Source: Octopus sinensis (Eukaryota). Taken from it: 64,000 nucleotides of DNA. Of the stretch, positions 12,364-26,322 are shown one piece after another (the stretch's first letter is position 1; every line of letters starts with the position of its first letter). Under the pieces are notes generated by a model. The model was not told where the DNA came from. It saw nothing but the letters and a program-made list of their open reading frames with translations, and did no database searches. The stretch spans positions 18,786,001-18,850,000 of the forward strand of contig NC_043000.1 of assembly GCF_006345805.1 (NCBI RefSeq), written 5' to 3'. Both the position numbers and the translations under genes were made by a program.

Positions 12364-13290
12364 TTTGTAAGATTAAGTAAAAAGAGACCATGCATGGGTA
12401 TGTTGCCTGGAAGCTTGAAGAAGAGAAGAATTGACACGAAGCGCAGCCTCCCTTGGACACAAGACCACTACATCACATCACACTTTTAAGGCTATGCGTT
12501 TGTTATCCAGGAACAAGAGATTGTCACAAAGTACCTGGTGAACAAGAGACAGTGACACTCTTGTAATCCCAAGGTGCAACCGCATTTGTAGGTTGTGTCA
12601 TGTTTCTGTGGAAGACATTACGCATGTCATTAGCAGCTGTCCTAAAATGTCGTCGCGGTACTACCTCCCTATGCGGTACGACGTTGTTGCTAAAACAATT
12701 TACCATGCCATCCGCAAAAAAAGACTGTCCTGAAATAAACTCAGAAAATCCCTCTGTTATGGAATACATTCATAAACATCAACTCAAGGAATACTGGTGG
12801 AATATTCCCATCAAAACTTCTGTCAAATGTAAGTGTAACAGGCCGGATATTGTTGTTTGGGACAGAGGGGTAAAGGTACGTACCCTCATAGAGGTCAGCT
12901 GCCCTGCAGGTATAAATATCTCTTTGAAAATCAAAGAAAAGGAGGATATCTATGGACAACTACTTCCAAACATCCAGCTTCTATATCCAGACTATGAATT
13001 CATATTCATACCAATAATAATTGGAGTACTAGGTTTTGTTAGTAAATGTTTAACGGAAAATCTAAATAAACTGGGATTTTCAGAAAAAGAAATTGACCGG
13101 CTGATTCGTACATTACAAATGCAATCTGTGAGTGGAACAGTAAAAATATGCAAGACTTTTCTTACGTTCCAAACGTGAATATGTCTGTGTTTACTACATC
13201 CCAAGGATGGAACATTGTAACTTTGTTGGAAACTGGCTCCTTCCACAGTGGAAGATTTATAATAATTAAAAAATAGACGAGACATAAATT
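12364..13290 (+). mobile_element. 5'-truncated RLE-type non-LTR retrotransposon (R4/Dong-like C-terminus)
   Basis: MHGY...GYAFVIQEQEI; CCHC finger CRLCHVSVEDITHVISSC; MRYD; PD-(D/E)xK nuclease NRPDIVVWD...LIEVSCP...KEKEDIY. Stop at 13178, short UTR, then (TACA)n. Confidence 0.85.
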
Positions 13291-13819
13291 CATACGTACA
13301 TACATACATACATACATACATACATACTCACATACGCGCACATACACATATAAATACACACATGTATATGCACACAATTACATATACACATACACATATA
13401 TTCACACACATACACACACATATACACACACATATATTCGCACACACACACACACACACGCACACACATTACGTAACTTCAGAGTTATCAGTGTTGTTCT
13501 TCACCTCTTGACCAGCTTTAATCGTGCACATCTCACTAGTATACACATTTACAAATATGTATATTGATATAAATTGAATTCTAAGAGTTTATGGTTGTTT
13601 TTTTTTCTTTTTGCTTTATCGTGTCTAGTTTTACCAAGGGTAAGATTTTGAAGAACTCTGGAACATTTACAAAAAGAAAAGAAACCACGTGTCTTCTATC
13701 GCTAGACAAATAATGGATCGGATTAATAATCTTGGTGTGGATATTAAATGAACACATGGGGAAATTCCAATGCTTTAAGTGTTCATACCGCGAACATATG
13801 GAAGTATAAACCTTTGCAT

Positions 13820-14027
13820 ACTCTTTTACTCTTTTACTTGTTTCAGTCATTTGACTGCGGCCATGCTGAAGCACCGCCTTTTAGTCGAGCAAATCGACCC
13901 CGGGACTTATTCTTTGTAAGCCCAGTACTTATTCTATCGGTCTCTTTTGCCGAACCGCTAAGTGACGGGGACGTAAACACACCAGCATCGGTTGTCAAGC
14001 AATGCTAGGGGGACAAACACAGACACA

Positions 14028-14078
<51 letters not shown>

Positions 14079-14250
14079 GCATATATACGACAGGCTTCTT
14101 TCAGTTTCCGTCTACCAAATCCACTCACAAGGCATTGGTCGGCCTGGGGCTATAGAAGAAGACACTTGCCCAAGATGCCACGCAGTGGGACTGAACCCGG
14201 AACCATGTGGTTGGTTAGCAAGCTACTTACCACACAGCCACTCCTGCGCC
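13820..14250 (-). mobile_element. SINE family A
   Basis: Full-length reverse copy. Confidence 0.92.
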
Positions 14251-14885
14251 TATGCATGTGAGTAAAAAATTCCCGTGCACTTTCCGCTACAGTTCGTACT
14301 ATTTTTATTTTGGTCAAATTAGCTGCATCAATTTGAAGATAATATACAATTTGAAGATAATACAATTTGAAGATAATACGAGACAGCATAGATTGAGACT
14401 GAGGAAGGGAGGGAGAGACTGAGGGCAAAAGAGGTGGGAAGGGAGAGACGAAAGAGAGGAAAGGATGCACGATATACAAGTGAAACGAGCAAGATGAAAG
14501 CGAAAATGGAAAAGAGAGAAAGAGAATGCTTTCGAGAGAAAGAAAGGCTAACGGGAAAACGAGAGGAGAGCATAACGAGAGGAGAGCATACTAAAGGAGA
14601 ATAGGAGTGTCAAGGAGGCGAAGTCACGATTAGACATAGAGAAGAAGCGTGAGCTAAGATATCACTTCTGTAGCATTTGAAATATAAATGAGTGATATGG
14701 CTAGGAGATATGTTTAAACGTGGTTGTATTGATATTATTTAAATTGTATGAGTCGGCCATTTGATTTCTGGTTCATTTATCTTCTGGCTACGACATGTCT
14801 AATTTAACAATAGTTATTTTGCGTTCGTGATTTCATTTGGTTTAACTTGAAAACATTAAATTATATATAAATAAAAATTATATAA

Positions 14886-15048
14886 GGCGCAGGAGTGGCT
14901 GTGTGGTAAGTAGCTTGCTTACCGACCACATGGTTCCGGGTTCAGTCCCACTGCGTGGCACCTTGGGCAAGTGTCTTCTACTATAGCCTCGGGCCAACCA
15001 AAGCCTTGTGAGTGGGTTTGGTAGACGGAAACTGAAAGAAGCCTGTCG

Positions 15049-15085
<37 letters not shown>

Positions 15086-15308
15086 GTATGTGTTTGTGTG
15101 TCTGTGTTTGTCCCCCTAGTATTGCTTGACAACCGATGCTGGTGTGTTTACGTCCCCGTTACTTAGCGGTTCGGCAAAAGAGACCGATAGAATAAGTACT
15201 GGGCTTACAAAAGAATAAGTCCCGGGGTCGAGTTGCTCGATTAAAGGCGGTGCTCCAGCATGGCCTCAGTCAAATGACTGAAACAAGTAAAAGAGTAAAA
15301 GAGAGAGT
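14886..15308 (+). mobile_element. SINE family A
   Basis: Full-length copy. Confidence 0.92.
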
Positions 15309-15631
15309 ATAAATCCAATACAAAACATATAGATTTTCTGTGACTAGGTTCCTTACTTATTAGTGTTCATGCCAGTGGTTTTTTTCAGTCACCAGGTCAG
15401 CCCTGATTGACCAGACATTATGCTCAAAGACCATATTGTCAAAGTTTTCTTTCTTTTTCTAAAAAAAATCAGGATGTCATTTGTAATTTAGCTGTTATTT
15501 CTAGCTGACCGCGTAACTACGTAGGGGCTTCCTGGTTAGCACTATGGCAGAGATAATAGTAATTACGTTAGTGATGGTGGTGGTGATAATGGTAAACTAG
15601 GAGAGAATGTTGTGATACTCGTACATCATAT

Positions 15632-16020
15632 CTTTCTTCTTTTTCACTCCGTCGGTTACGACGACGAGGGTTCCGGTTGATCCGACCAACGGAACAGCCT
15701 GCTCGTGGAATTAACGTGCAAGTGGCTGAGCACTCCACAGACACGTGTACCCTTAACATAGTTCTCGGGGATATTCAGCGTGACACAGAGAGTGACAAGG
15801 CCGGCCCTTTGAAATACAGGTACAACAGAAACAGGAAGTAAGAGTGAGAGAAAGTTGTGGTGAAAGAGTACAGCAGGGATCACCACCATCCCCTGCCGGA
15901 GCATTGTGGAGCTTTAGGTGTTTTCGCTCAATAAACACTCACAACGCCCGGTCTGGGAATCGAAACCGCGATCCTACGACCGCGAGTCCGCTGCCCTAAC
16001 CACTGGGCCATTGTGCCTCC
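15632..16020 (-). mobile_element. tRNA-derived SINE family B with 12-bp TSD
   Basis: A box TGGCCCAGTGG, B box GGTTTCGATTCCC; TSD CGTACATCATAT at 15620-15631 and 16021-16032. Confidence 0.93.
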
Positions 16021-17189
16021 CGTACATCATATACTCGTTAACAACGTGAATAAGCGAAAAGAAAAAAATGGATGTCTTCAACCAAGTAATAGGATTGATT
16101 TGTATTTTCAGCTTGGTGGGAAGTTCTTTCTTATTCTGCAGATTTCTCTATCATGACATACCATAACTCAATAAACGCATAGATATTAATAGACTGAAGA
16201 AAATGTGACTATAGAAAGTGTGTAAATATTGAGTTCTAACAAAAGCACAGGGCCACACATTTAGGTGAGAGAAAAATTGGATTAAATCAACTCTAGTACT
16301 AGAGTACTTATTTTGTCTGTCTACTTCATAAGGATGAAAGAAAAAATCAACGACGGTGGAATGTTACTGTAAGTAGACACCACAGTAAGTCATTTTTCTG
16401 ATGATCTAACGATTCAATCATTTTTAAATACAATTATATGATTTTAATAATACAAATTTTCACTGTAGTTGAGATAAAAATGCGAACATTCTTTCTATAC
16501 TATTGACGCGCAGAAAAACGAGTGGGTGATTCCTGACGCATCGTTTCATGGATTGCTGGCCGCTCCTCAGAGAAGTATTCGGTGTCCTCTTCCAGTTAAA
16601 GCATTCCACATTTTCCCACAAACAGCATAAAAAGACTATATTTACATTCGTATTTCATTCACACTAAGTCTCTGTTTTATTTGAATTAATTTCACTTCTG
16701 CGGATATACGCAGTGTTGTGCAAAATTAAATGCTTAATGATATAATTATCTAAAATGTTCAAAGTGAAATGAAAAAAGCGGAGAAAGACACAAAGATAGA
16801 TAGATAGACAGAGAGATAGAGAGAGCGAGTGAGAGAGAGCGAGTGAGAGAGAGCGAGTGAGAGAGAGCGCGTGAGAGAGCGCGCGTGAGAGAGAGGGTTG
16901 AAAGAATTGGAGCAGATAGATATAAACAATTTGAAACAAAAGAAAAACAGATACTAAAGACATCTGCTGTTAGATACTCTGCAGAATTCTCTTGAAACTG
17001 TCTTTCGTAAAATATTTTATTTCTTAGAACTTCTTCGTTATTTAGATCAATGTTTGTTATATAACAATGGATACACATACGGACAATTCTCAAAAGCAAG
17101 TATTTTCTATAAATGAACATTCAAACCTTCTAGAAATACCAGCCAAATCTCCCTCGGATCACACACCACAGTCTTTAAAATGTATGACA

Positions 17190-17587
17190 TCTTTATATAT
17201 AAAAGTGAAGTTGTGTGTCTGTCTCCTACGATTTAGATTCCTAACTACTCCCACATTTTGCGGTGCAGTGTAACCAAAAGCGGGTATCTTATAGTCGTGA
17301 TTCATATCGAGCCCTTCTGGGTATTAGCGCGCGTCTACGATGAGTCTACGATTTAAAAAAAAAAATTACCATAATTTTTCCGTATTTTTAATGCATTTTC
17401 GCTCGGTTTATATAAGGGAAGTAACTCTCTAAAAATGTATTATTAAAACTCAGAACGTAAAAAGCTACAGTAACACCCCCCCTTTGTGGTTAGCCATATT
17501 GAGATGGCTATTATACTTTACATCTCTAAAAATGCTTATATAGTTATTTCCCTTACAAACCCGAGCAACGCCGGGCGATACTGCTAG
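17190..17587 (+). mobile_element. Non-autonomous Helitron (family D1)
   Basis: A|TCTTTATATATAAAAG... start, hairpin cccgagcaacgccggg at 17560-17575, CTAG|T end. Confidence 0.9.
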
Positions 17588-17930
17588 TATTTTATAATGC
17601 AGTCAGAGAGACAAAAAGATTGAAAGGAGAGTCATGGGTTGAATGTGACTAGACTAGGATCGACTGAGATCTAAAGAGCAGCAACAAAAGACATCGACAA
17701 CTGCAGTAGCAGTAACAACGTAAACGGATGTTACTAATGTTTGGAAAGAAAAATCAACATATGAATTCCCAAAGGAGCTTTCGTGATAACGAACCTGGAG
17801 GAGAAGAACCGAAAGTCACTTTACATTTAGCTACAGCTTTCTGCTGTAAATCTTGGATTAGCAGAATTAGAAGCGCGCCTGTAAAATGCCTCGCATCATT
17901 TGTTCTTAATACATTCTCAGTTAAAATATC

Positions 17931-18160
17931 CATTTCTTTACCGCCCACAAGGGGCTACACACAGAGGGGACAAACAAAGGCAGAGAAAGGGATTAAGTCG
18001 ATTACATCGACCCAGTGCGAAACTGGTACTTTATTTATCGACCCCGAGAGGATGAAAGGCAAAGTCGACCTCGGCGGAATTTGAACTCAGAACGTAACGG
18101 CAGACGAAATACGGCTACGCATTTCGCCCGGCGTGCTAACGATTCTGCCAGCTCGCCGCC
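17931..18160 (-). mobile_element. SINE family C with 16-bp TSD
   Basis: Head ggcggcgagctggcagaatcgttagc...gagttcaaattcc; TSD TCTCAGTTAAAATATC at 17915-17930 and 18161-18176. Confidence 0.92.
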
Positions 18161-18988
18161 TCTCAGTTAAAATATCGCCGAGCCCCACTTTGGCTTGCAT
18201 TCTTCCAGGGTTGATAGAATAAAGGACCAGTCAAGTGCTGGAATCGATTTAAGCGATTGGTAATGTTGCTTTCTAAGTTTCTTTAATCATGAAATTATAT
18301 TTGAGAATCCTAAACGAATCTTCTTAGCGCTACTTGTACTTTAAGGGATGTTGAGAGTACAGACCACAATGACCATATTATTCATGTAAGGACCTGTGAC
18401 TCCAGGTATTATTAGCTTTGAAATACATTGTGTTCGGCGCAAGTCAACAAGAAGGAAAGAAAAAGAGAGAGAACGAAGAGATTCTATTACTTTGGTTCTC
18501 TTCACTGCATTTCAGAAGAAATGGATATGATTAAATAACGCTTAATTAATCTTCCATTAATAACTTGTAAATATCGGCACTAGAGTTTCTAATTTGTCAA
18601 ATCAGCACAATAATATCACTCCTGATATGAAGAGCTCTTAATAATTATCACAGTATTCATTCGATAATTTCTATTTCGCCACATTTTCGCCATAATTATA
18701 TGCCGACATCATTAACTGTTTTGAGTATGTTTATATGACGATGAGGTACTGTTCTAATTGCAGAAATATTGACAGATACTATATCTCATCATGAGATGCT
18801 TTTCTGACCACTTAACTAATTCACAATGGCCCACTCCATCTAGCTGTAGATACGTATTATAGGAGTGTACAACATATTTTCAAAACTTAGGAAGATTGTA
18901 TAAATGATGAATGTTTCATTACTTTCAGCTAATGAGCTCGAGTCTTGGGGTGGCACATACTTGAAGTAAATATTACTGTCCTGCATTT

Positions 18989-19373
18989 GTGGAGGCGCAA
19001 TGGTCCAGTGGTTAGGGCAGCGGACTCGCGGTCATAGGATCGCGATTTCGATTCCCAGACCGGGCGTTGTGAGTGTTTATTGAGCGAAAACACCTAAAGC
19101 TCCACGACGCTCCGGCAGGGGATGGTGGTGATCCCTGCTGTACTCTTTCACCACAACTTTCTCTCACTCTTACTTCCTGTTTCTGCTGAATCTGTATTTC
19201 AAAGGGCCGGCCTTGTCACTCTCTGTGTCACGCTGAATATCCCCGAGAACTACGTTAAGGGTACACGTGTCTGTGGAGTGCTCAGCCACTTACACGTTAA
19301 TTTCACGAGCAGGCTGTTCCGTTGATTCGGATCAACCGGAACCCTCGTCGTCTTAACCGACGGAGTGCTTCCA
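18989..19373 (+). mobile_element. SINE family B with 13-bp TSD
   Basis: TSD ACTGTCCTGCATT at 18975-18987 and 19373-19385. Confidence 0.93.
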
Positions 19374-20344
19374 CTGTCCTGCATTATGGAAGCTTTTCTA
19401 GTTGATAGGGGAGTATGTGCATATGGAAACTTACTGATAAACTAGGACATGCTGTCTTAGAAATCACGAATTATTACAATCTGTATTCAATGACAATATT
19501 GAGCAGCCTGGATGGAATTTGGGAAAGTTCCGTATTGATTTCTCAAGACACATTGGCAGATCTGAAAGTAGCACTATCTGTTCACAAAATCTTGAATATA
19601 CTATACATCTGACAAGCCAACAAAGGTTCTATCATGTAGTCGCTAAATCTGCTAGAAATAGCAGCAAAATCCCATTGAAATTCCTCCTATCAATTGTAAA
19701 ATGAATGAATATATTTGATAAATTAGTCTAGAATGATAAAATGACAGAACAAAGCGGAAAGCTACAAGAATGCGTGTTGAACAATAAAATTTCGCCATAC
19801 AGAACAATCGAAGACCACTTGTAGATAGGAAACAAAAGTGGTGAGTTTATTTGGAATAGACGTTAAAATCAGTAAAACAGTGTTTTGAATATGATACATT
19901 AATACAACCAGATAGCTCTTCAAATAAATAGATCACATTTCACAAACTGTAACAACAGCACAACATCGATACGATTATTATCTTCCTTCTCAACGGCACA
20001 GTTTCGTCCAAGTACATTAAAGACTCTACAACACTTACAGAAAATCAAACTAAGTAAAGATAACATAAATTGCAATGTAAGAGATACCTTTATGGAACTA
20101 AACATTTTCCTCATCACGCTTAATATTCATGATACTATTGTACAGGAAAAATTACAAACACTGTTACATAAACACAACGAGTAGCACTCGATTATAAATA
20201 GGACACAGCAATACAGTAAAAACGCATTCAAAATAATGTAAACATAAAAACATATAAACGTATATAAACAACTGCCGGCTTTACCGACTGCCCTAACTAT
20301 ATCATCTTTAAACTCTCCCAAGTACTATAACTCTCTCTCTCTCT

Positions 20345-20543
20345 CTCTCTTTTCTCTTTTACTTGTTTCAGTCATTTTGACTGCGGCCATGCTGGAGCAC
20401 CGCCTTTAATCGAGCAAATCGACCCCGGGACTTATTCTTTGTTAGCCTAGTACTTATTCTATCGGTCTCTTTTGCCGAACCGCTAAGTGACGGGGACGTA
20501 AACACACCAGCATCGGTTGTCAAGCAATGCTAGGGGGACAAAC

Positions 20544-20574
<31 letters not shown>

Positions 20575-20745
20575 CATATATACGACAGGCTTCTTTCAGT
20601 TTCCGTCTACCAAATCCACTCACAAGGCATTGGTCGGCCCGGGGCTATAGCAGAAGACACTTGCCCAAGATGCCACGCAGTGAGACTGAACCCGGAACCA
20701 TATGGTTGGTTAGCAAGCTACTTACCACACAGCCACTCCTGCGCC
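20345..20745 (-). mobile_element. SINE family A
   Basis: Full-length reverse copy. Confidence 0.92.
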
Positions 20746-20850
20746 TAGAGAAAAAATACTGTACTATACACAAACCACATCCCGGTATTAAAATAATACA
20801 AATAACACAAGGGGTAACATAACAGCGTCATTAATAAATTATATTTATAA

Positions 20851-21045
20851 GGCGGCGAGCTGGCAGAATAGTTAGCACGCCGATATTTCGCCGTCGCTAC
20901 GTCCTGAGTTCAAATTCCGCCGAGGTCGACTTTACCTTTCATCCTTTCGGAGTTGACAAATTAAGTACCAGTGAAATTCTGGAGTATATGTAATCGACTA
21001 GTCGCCTCACCACAAACTCCAGGCCTTGTGCCTATAATAGAAAGT
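20851..21045 (+). mobile_element. SINE family C, diverged
   Basis: Same head and body as 17931-18160, with an internal deletion. Confidence 0.8.
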
Positions 21046-22339
21046 ATTAATGAATGCTATTTATAGCCTAAACAACTAACATTATAGACGAATATATCAT
21101 ATCAAGCCTACTCTAAACCCTTCCAAGACATTAGTGTGCTGTGGTTTCCCCACACATCGAGAAACCACTTTCATAATAACCTGCTCACAAAATATAAACA
21201 CTTTCAAAAATCTAAAAAAACGCTATTGTTACATTAAGAAATAATCAGGGTTCAGAGAAATCAACAGTATCAAACCCAGCAAAATAAATGATGCAGTAGA
21301 TGACTTTAGTAAAGAATCCAATAACCACAGTGTTCAATTAACATTTCCCATAGGGCAATGTAAAAAATGCTACCATAATTACACGATGGAAAATGTAACT
21401 GGATAAAAGCATAATAAACAACCGAAAAATATACTCAGTATGAAACAATTAAAACAAAGAACTGAGAAAATAAAATAAACAAATAAACAATAGAAAAAAA
21501 GTAGATAAATCCTTCGTATGTAGCATAAATCACGAAGACAAACAGTATATCACAGTAATTGGTAACAACATGCCAAATGTCACAATAACAATCTCAATTA
21601 ACATAATACACTTGAACACCAAGCAACACTCCTTATAAAACTTTTTGGAAATGAAAATTAGCCACCAAAAGCCAATTAAAAAACCAAGGACCAAAACACA
21701 AAATATGCACCTTCAGTGTAGAGCATAATTTGAAATCCTTCAATTAGACGCCAGAAAAGTATCAGGAATCGCTACATACTCAAAAACATGGGGTGGGGGG
21801 CAAAATTGCAAAATCGATCCTTCTGTACATACCTAAGGTATTTTATTAGCTATTAGTCATCCTGAGTTCGTATCATGTGAAAACGACACTAGACGAACAT
21901 TGTAACACGCATATCAGACAAAGACATGTGTTCAAGCTTAAGAATGTTCATTAAAAGCCAAACAAAACCTTTTCAGGGTTTAACGACAAAAGATTTGCTG
22001 AAATTCTTGTAAAATTTGATTCTTAAACATTGCTTGGGTTTGCTAGTCATCATAATACTCGCAGATTCGCTACGCGACAACGTTATAAAAGTTGGGCATA
22101 TGAACAGAAAAAAAAAGGAGATACCTATGCAAACATGTATATAATCTGAAACATGTATAATGTAGATAACTCTACAGTTATTTATTTGAAAGCTTAGCTG
22201 TGAGGATTGAGATGATGGGAAAAATATCCTATTGCCCTTTTAACAGCAAACTCATTGCGGAATCTTCAAGTCACTTGAACCCTATCAGTAAAGATGTTAC
22301 AATTCTTCAGCTTCCCAGAGAACGTTGCATTTAAATCGA

Positions 22340-22345
<6 letters not shown>

Positions 22346-22375
<30 letters not shown>

Positions 22376-22421
22376 TGTATGTATGTATGTATGTATGTAT
22401 GTATGTATGTATGTATGTATG

Positions 22422-22452
<31 letters not shown>

Positions 22453-22614
22453 TGTATGTATGTATGTATGTATGTATGTATGTATGTATGTATGTATGTA
22501 TGTATGTATGTATGTATGTATGTATGTATGTATGTATGTATGTATGTATGTATGTATGTATGTATGTATGTATGTATGTATGTATGTATGTATGTATGTA
22601 TGTATGTATGTATG

Positions 22615-22645
<31 letters not shown>
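22346..22645. repeat. (TATG)n microsatellite, ~300 bp
   Basis: Nearly pure array with one interruption near 22451. Confidence 0.98.
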
Positions 22646-23207
22646 GCGACTGAGGCAGTATTAATACAAAGAGGTAATATTTATCTCCACTTAAACGTAG
22701 ATGTTCTGTTAGAATTATACTGCGGTAGTTAAATGTTAATAACGTTTGGATTATTGTTAGTTTTTTTCTAATTAGAATAATGGTTCCCAAATTTTTCTCT
22801 TTTAAGAAAACCTCTTTAATTGAATTTTTCCACGAATTCCTCTTTCTTGAAAGGACTGTCTATGCAAATGAACGATTTTATTAATAAACAACAAGTTCGT
22901 TTCATCTGAAAAATATTTATCACTGAATAACTGCATGTGATTGAATAATCACACTGTATCCCTTTAAAATTTGAAATACAGTTCACCGATCTCCATCACT
23001 AGTTTTGTTGACCTCAGGAGGTAACGCTGCATTAGTTACAATGAGTTGAATTACTGCTCGTTGATGCCTAGATCAGACTTGTATAATAATAAGTCACAGA
23101 AAGGGGTCTCTACGCATTTACTGCTTGCAAAAATAGCGGGCAATCTTATTCACACCAAACCGATCAATCTCACAAAACGAAAATAACATACTGCACGATA
23201 TAGGGAT

Positions 23208-23596
23208 GGGATGGAAGCACTCCGTCGGTTACGACGATGAGGGTTCCGGTTGATCCGATCAACGGAACAGCCTGCTCGTGAAATTAACGTGTAAGTGGCT
23301 GAGCACTCCACAGACACGTGTACCCTTAACACAGTTCTCGGGGATATTCAGCGTGACACAGAGAGTGACAAGGCCGGCCCTTTGAAATACAGGTACAACA
23401 GAAACAGGAAGTAAGAGTGAGAGAAAGTTGTGGTGAAAGAGTACAGCAGGGATCACCACCATCCCCTGTCGGAGCGTCGTGGAGCTTTTAGGTGTTTTCG
23501 CTCAATAAACACTCACAACGCCCGGTCTGGGAATCGAAACCGCGATCCTACGACCGCGAGTCCGCTGCCCTAACCACTGGGCCATTGCGCCTCCAC
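23208..23596 (-). mobile_element. SINE family B with 14-bp TSD
   Basis: TSD CACGATATAGGGAT at 23194-23207 and 23596-23609. Confidence 0.93.
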
Positions 23597-24215
23597 ACGA
23601 TATAGGGATAGACATACAAGAAATACGGGATGTCTACAACTGGAATGCTTTTGATCATAGCTTTGCTTAATGAGAGCTGACTTCAGCGCAAATAGCAACT
23701 GAAAATTTGCTTTCTCCAAGATTTCTCCATCAAATGTTCCTACGGATTCCTTCATCAAATCTTACTTGTAAAGCATATTGCCATTTGACATTACATGCAA
23801 TGATTGCTGTGTTACATGTATGTTCTACACATCACGATCGATATTCTAAATTGGAATTTTGCTGTCAGGGATTTACGAGAAAATTGAATTTTTTGGAAAG
23901 TAATTTTGATTGGTCAATAGATAATCATTAATCATTTTTGATTGGCCATCTGTCTTAAAAGTATACAGATCCTAATTTCCTGAAATTATGTCCTGGGTGA
24001 TGACAGATTTAGTGAAAAATAAACAAACAATCCTATTTCATTGAATATACCACTTGAAAAGCAATTTCCAATCAATATTATCTCAATAATGACGAAAAAC
24101 GAACACTGTTGCTACAACTGTATTGAGGAGAGGAGTGACTTCATTGCTGTCAAACTTTAAGGGGATATATATATAATATATATATATTATATATATATAT
24201 TATATATATATATAT

Positions 24216-24261
<46 letters not shown>

Positions 24262-24267
<6 letters not shown>

Positions 24268-24366
24268 TCGTCAGAATTTTGGAAAAAAATCTTTTTATTT
24301 CTTCATTAGTATTATTAATAATAATAATGAAATAAAACATTTTTTCCAAAATTCTGACGACTTTCT
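24262..24366. repeat. Fold-back palindrome, ~50-bp arms
   Basis: agaaagtcgtcagaattttggaaaaaa ... ttttttccaaaattctgacgactttct. Confidence 0.9.
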
Positions 24367-24417
24367 TTCTCAATATTCAGTTTCTGTACATCTCAGCTAA
24401 CTCTCTTTCTCTTTCTC

Positions 24418-24458
<41 letters not shown>

Positions 24459-24655
24459 ATTGAAATAAAACTGTGGCATAGAGTACGTGTACATATCGCT
24501 GTAGCGTGGATAATTGTGTCAACTAAAAAGAATGACAGAAATCCGAGTCAAAAAAGGATACGCTCAATTTGCAAGATAAATAAATTATCTCCAACTGAAA
24601 TACAAAAGGTACATATGTACGTACGTACATAGGCACGTATGTATGCCTGTATATA

Positions 24656-25040
24656 CAGGGTGCATAAGGTATTTGAGGAAACCTTTTTGGGTCATTGCTG
24701 CATTTTCTGCTAACTCTGTATAATGTTTGTTTCAGAAACTAATAATGGCAGACCCTCAGCTTACGCAAGAAATGAAGAGGCATTTACATGCTGTTATTGT
24801 GGTTATAAAGGCTGAGCATAGCGATTTAGAAATATCTGGATTTTTAAAAGTTGCCAGATCTTCCGTCTACAAAGTTTGTAAGGAGCTAGAGACTGAAGAT
24901 GGAAACGTATCACCAGTATCAAAGCATGAAAAGCATTCTAAACGCTCTGAAATCATCAGAAGGCCTGAATTTATCCAGTAAGTTCAACAGACCATTGATT
25001 ACAATCCAAGAAAGTTCAAGAGCTCAATTGCAAAAGGGTA
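24656..25040 (+). mobile_element. Tc1/mariner (DD37D/maT-like) 5' end with transposase N-terminus
   Basis: TA|CAGGGTG terminus; MADPQLTQEMKRHLHAVIVVIKAEHSDLEISGFLKVARSSVYKV is an HTH-like N-terminus, interrupted by a stop. Confidence 0.7.
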
Positions 25041-25139
25041 TTTTCACTCCCCCAAAATATATATTCATTTACATATTTATACACGCGCACATACACATAC
25101 ACATGCACACAGACACAGACGCACACACATGTATATATA

Positions 25140-25176
<37 letters not shown>

Positions 25177-25271
25177 TAGCTGGACCCATGAAAAATTCAC
25201 GGAAAATATAAAAAATGTATCTGTAAATTGTGTGCTGGTGCCATGAGAAATGTTTCTATATAGACAGAGCA

Positions 25272-25562
25272 CTGGCAGAAACGTTAGCACGCTGGGCGAA
25301 ATGCTTACCGGTATTTCGTCTGCCGCTACGTTATGAGTTCAAATTCCGCTGAGGTCGCTTTGTCTTTCATCTTTTCGGGGTCGATTAAATAAGTGCCAGT
25401 TACGCACTGGGGTCGATATAATCGACTTAATCTGTTTGTCTGTACTTGTTTGTCCTCTCTGTGTTTAGCCCCTTGTGGGTAGTAAAGAAATAGGTATTTC
25501 GTCTGTCTTTATGTTATGAGTTCAAATTCTGCCGAGGTCGTCTTTGCATTTTATCTTTTCGG
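25272..25562 (+). mobile_element. SINE family C with partial internal duplication
   Basis: gagttcaaatt...gaggtcg...ctttt...cgggg segment occurs twice. Confidence 0.82.
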
Positions 25563-25707
25563 GGACAGTAACAGAATATAGAAAGAAGCGTAAAACTGAC
25601 AACTATATAATCCAACCAAAATATCTCAGTTACGCAAATATAAACAGAATTACTATTAAGCCTTAAAATATATAGTACATATTCAGAGAGCGTTTTTCTC
25701 GTATTCT

Positions 25708-25915
25708 TTTAATCTTTTACTTGCTTCAGTCAATTGACGTGGCCATGCTGCAGCACTACCCTTTAGTCGAAGAAATTGACCGCTGAACTTATTCCCTGTA
25801 TTCCTGGTGCTTATGCTATCAGTCTCTTCTGCTGAACAGCTATGTTACTGGGACACAAACACACCAGCATCAGTTGTCAAGCAATGCTGGTGGGGAGGGG
25901 ACAAACACACGCATA
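25708..25915 (-). mobile_element. SINE family A, 3' half, diverged
   Basis: Matches the family A tail; the head is replaced by (TACA)n/(CA)n. Confidence 0.75.
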
Positions 25916-26276
25916 CATACTTGCATACATACATACATACATACATACATACATACATACATACATACATACATACATACATACATACATACATACATAC
26001 ATACATACAGACATACATACATACACACACACGCACACGCACACACACACACACACACCACACACACACACACACACACATATGTATAAAGTAAAAAGTA
26101 AAAGGAAAAAATAGAATTGATATTTTTGATTTTGCTCGGCTCTACGAATTTAATTTTTTTAAATGCTTTCGAAAAAAGAAATTGGAAAAATCCTGTCCAA
26201 AACAGAGAAATTCTAACTCAACAAAAAATATAGAAAGAGAAAGTTGCGTTTATTTCCACAACTCGACACGTAATTA

Positions 26277-26322
<46 letters not shown>

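Noticed and set aside
18989-19065. tRNA-gene-like heads with A and B boxes
   Set aside because: They continue into SINE bodies with TSDs and show no closed cloverleaf or terminator, so they are not tRNA genes.
22266-22790. Long ORFs of YIHT/MYVC repeats (also THTH, ERER, IYIY elsewhere)
   Set aside because: Stop-free translations of microsatellites, not genes.
24886-24912. CTGAAGA-tg-GAAACGTA hammerhead-like string
   Set aside because: No stem II or stem I; it lies within transposase codons (ETEDGNVS), so it is coincidental.
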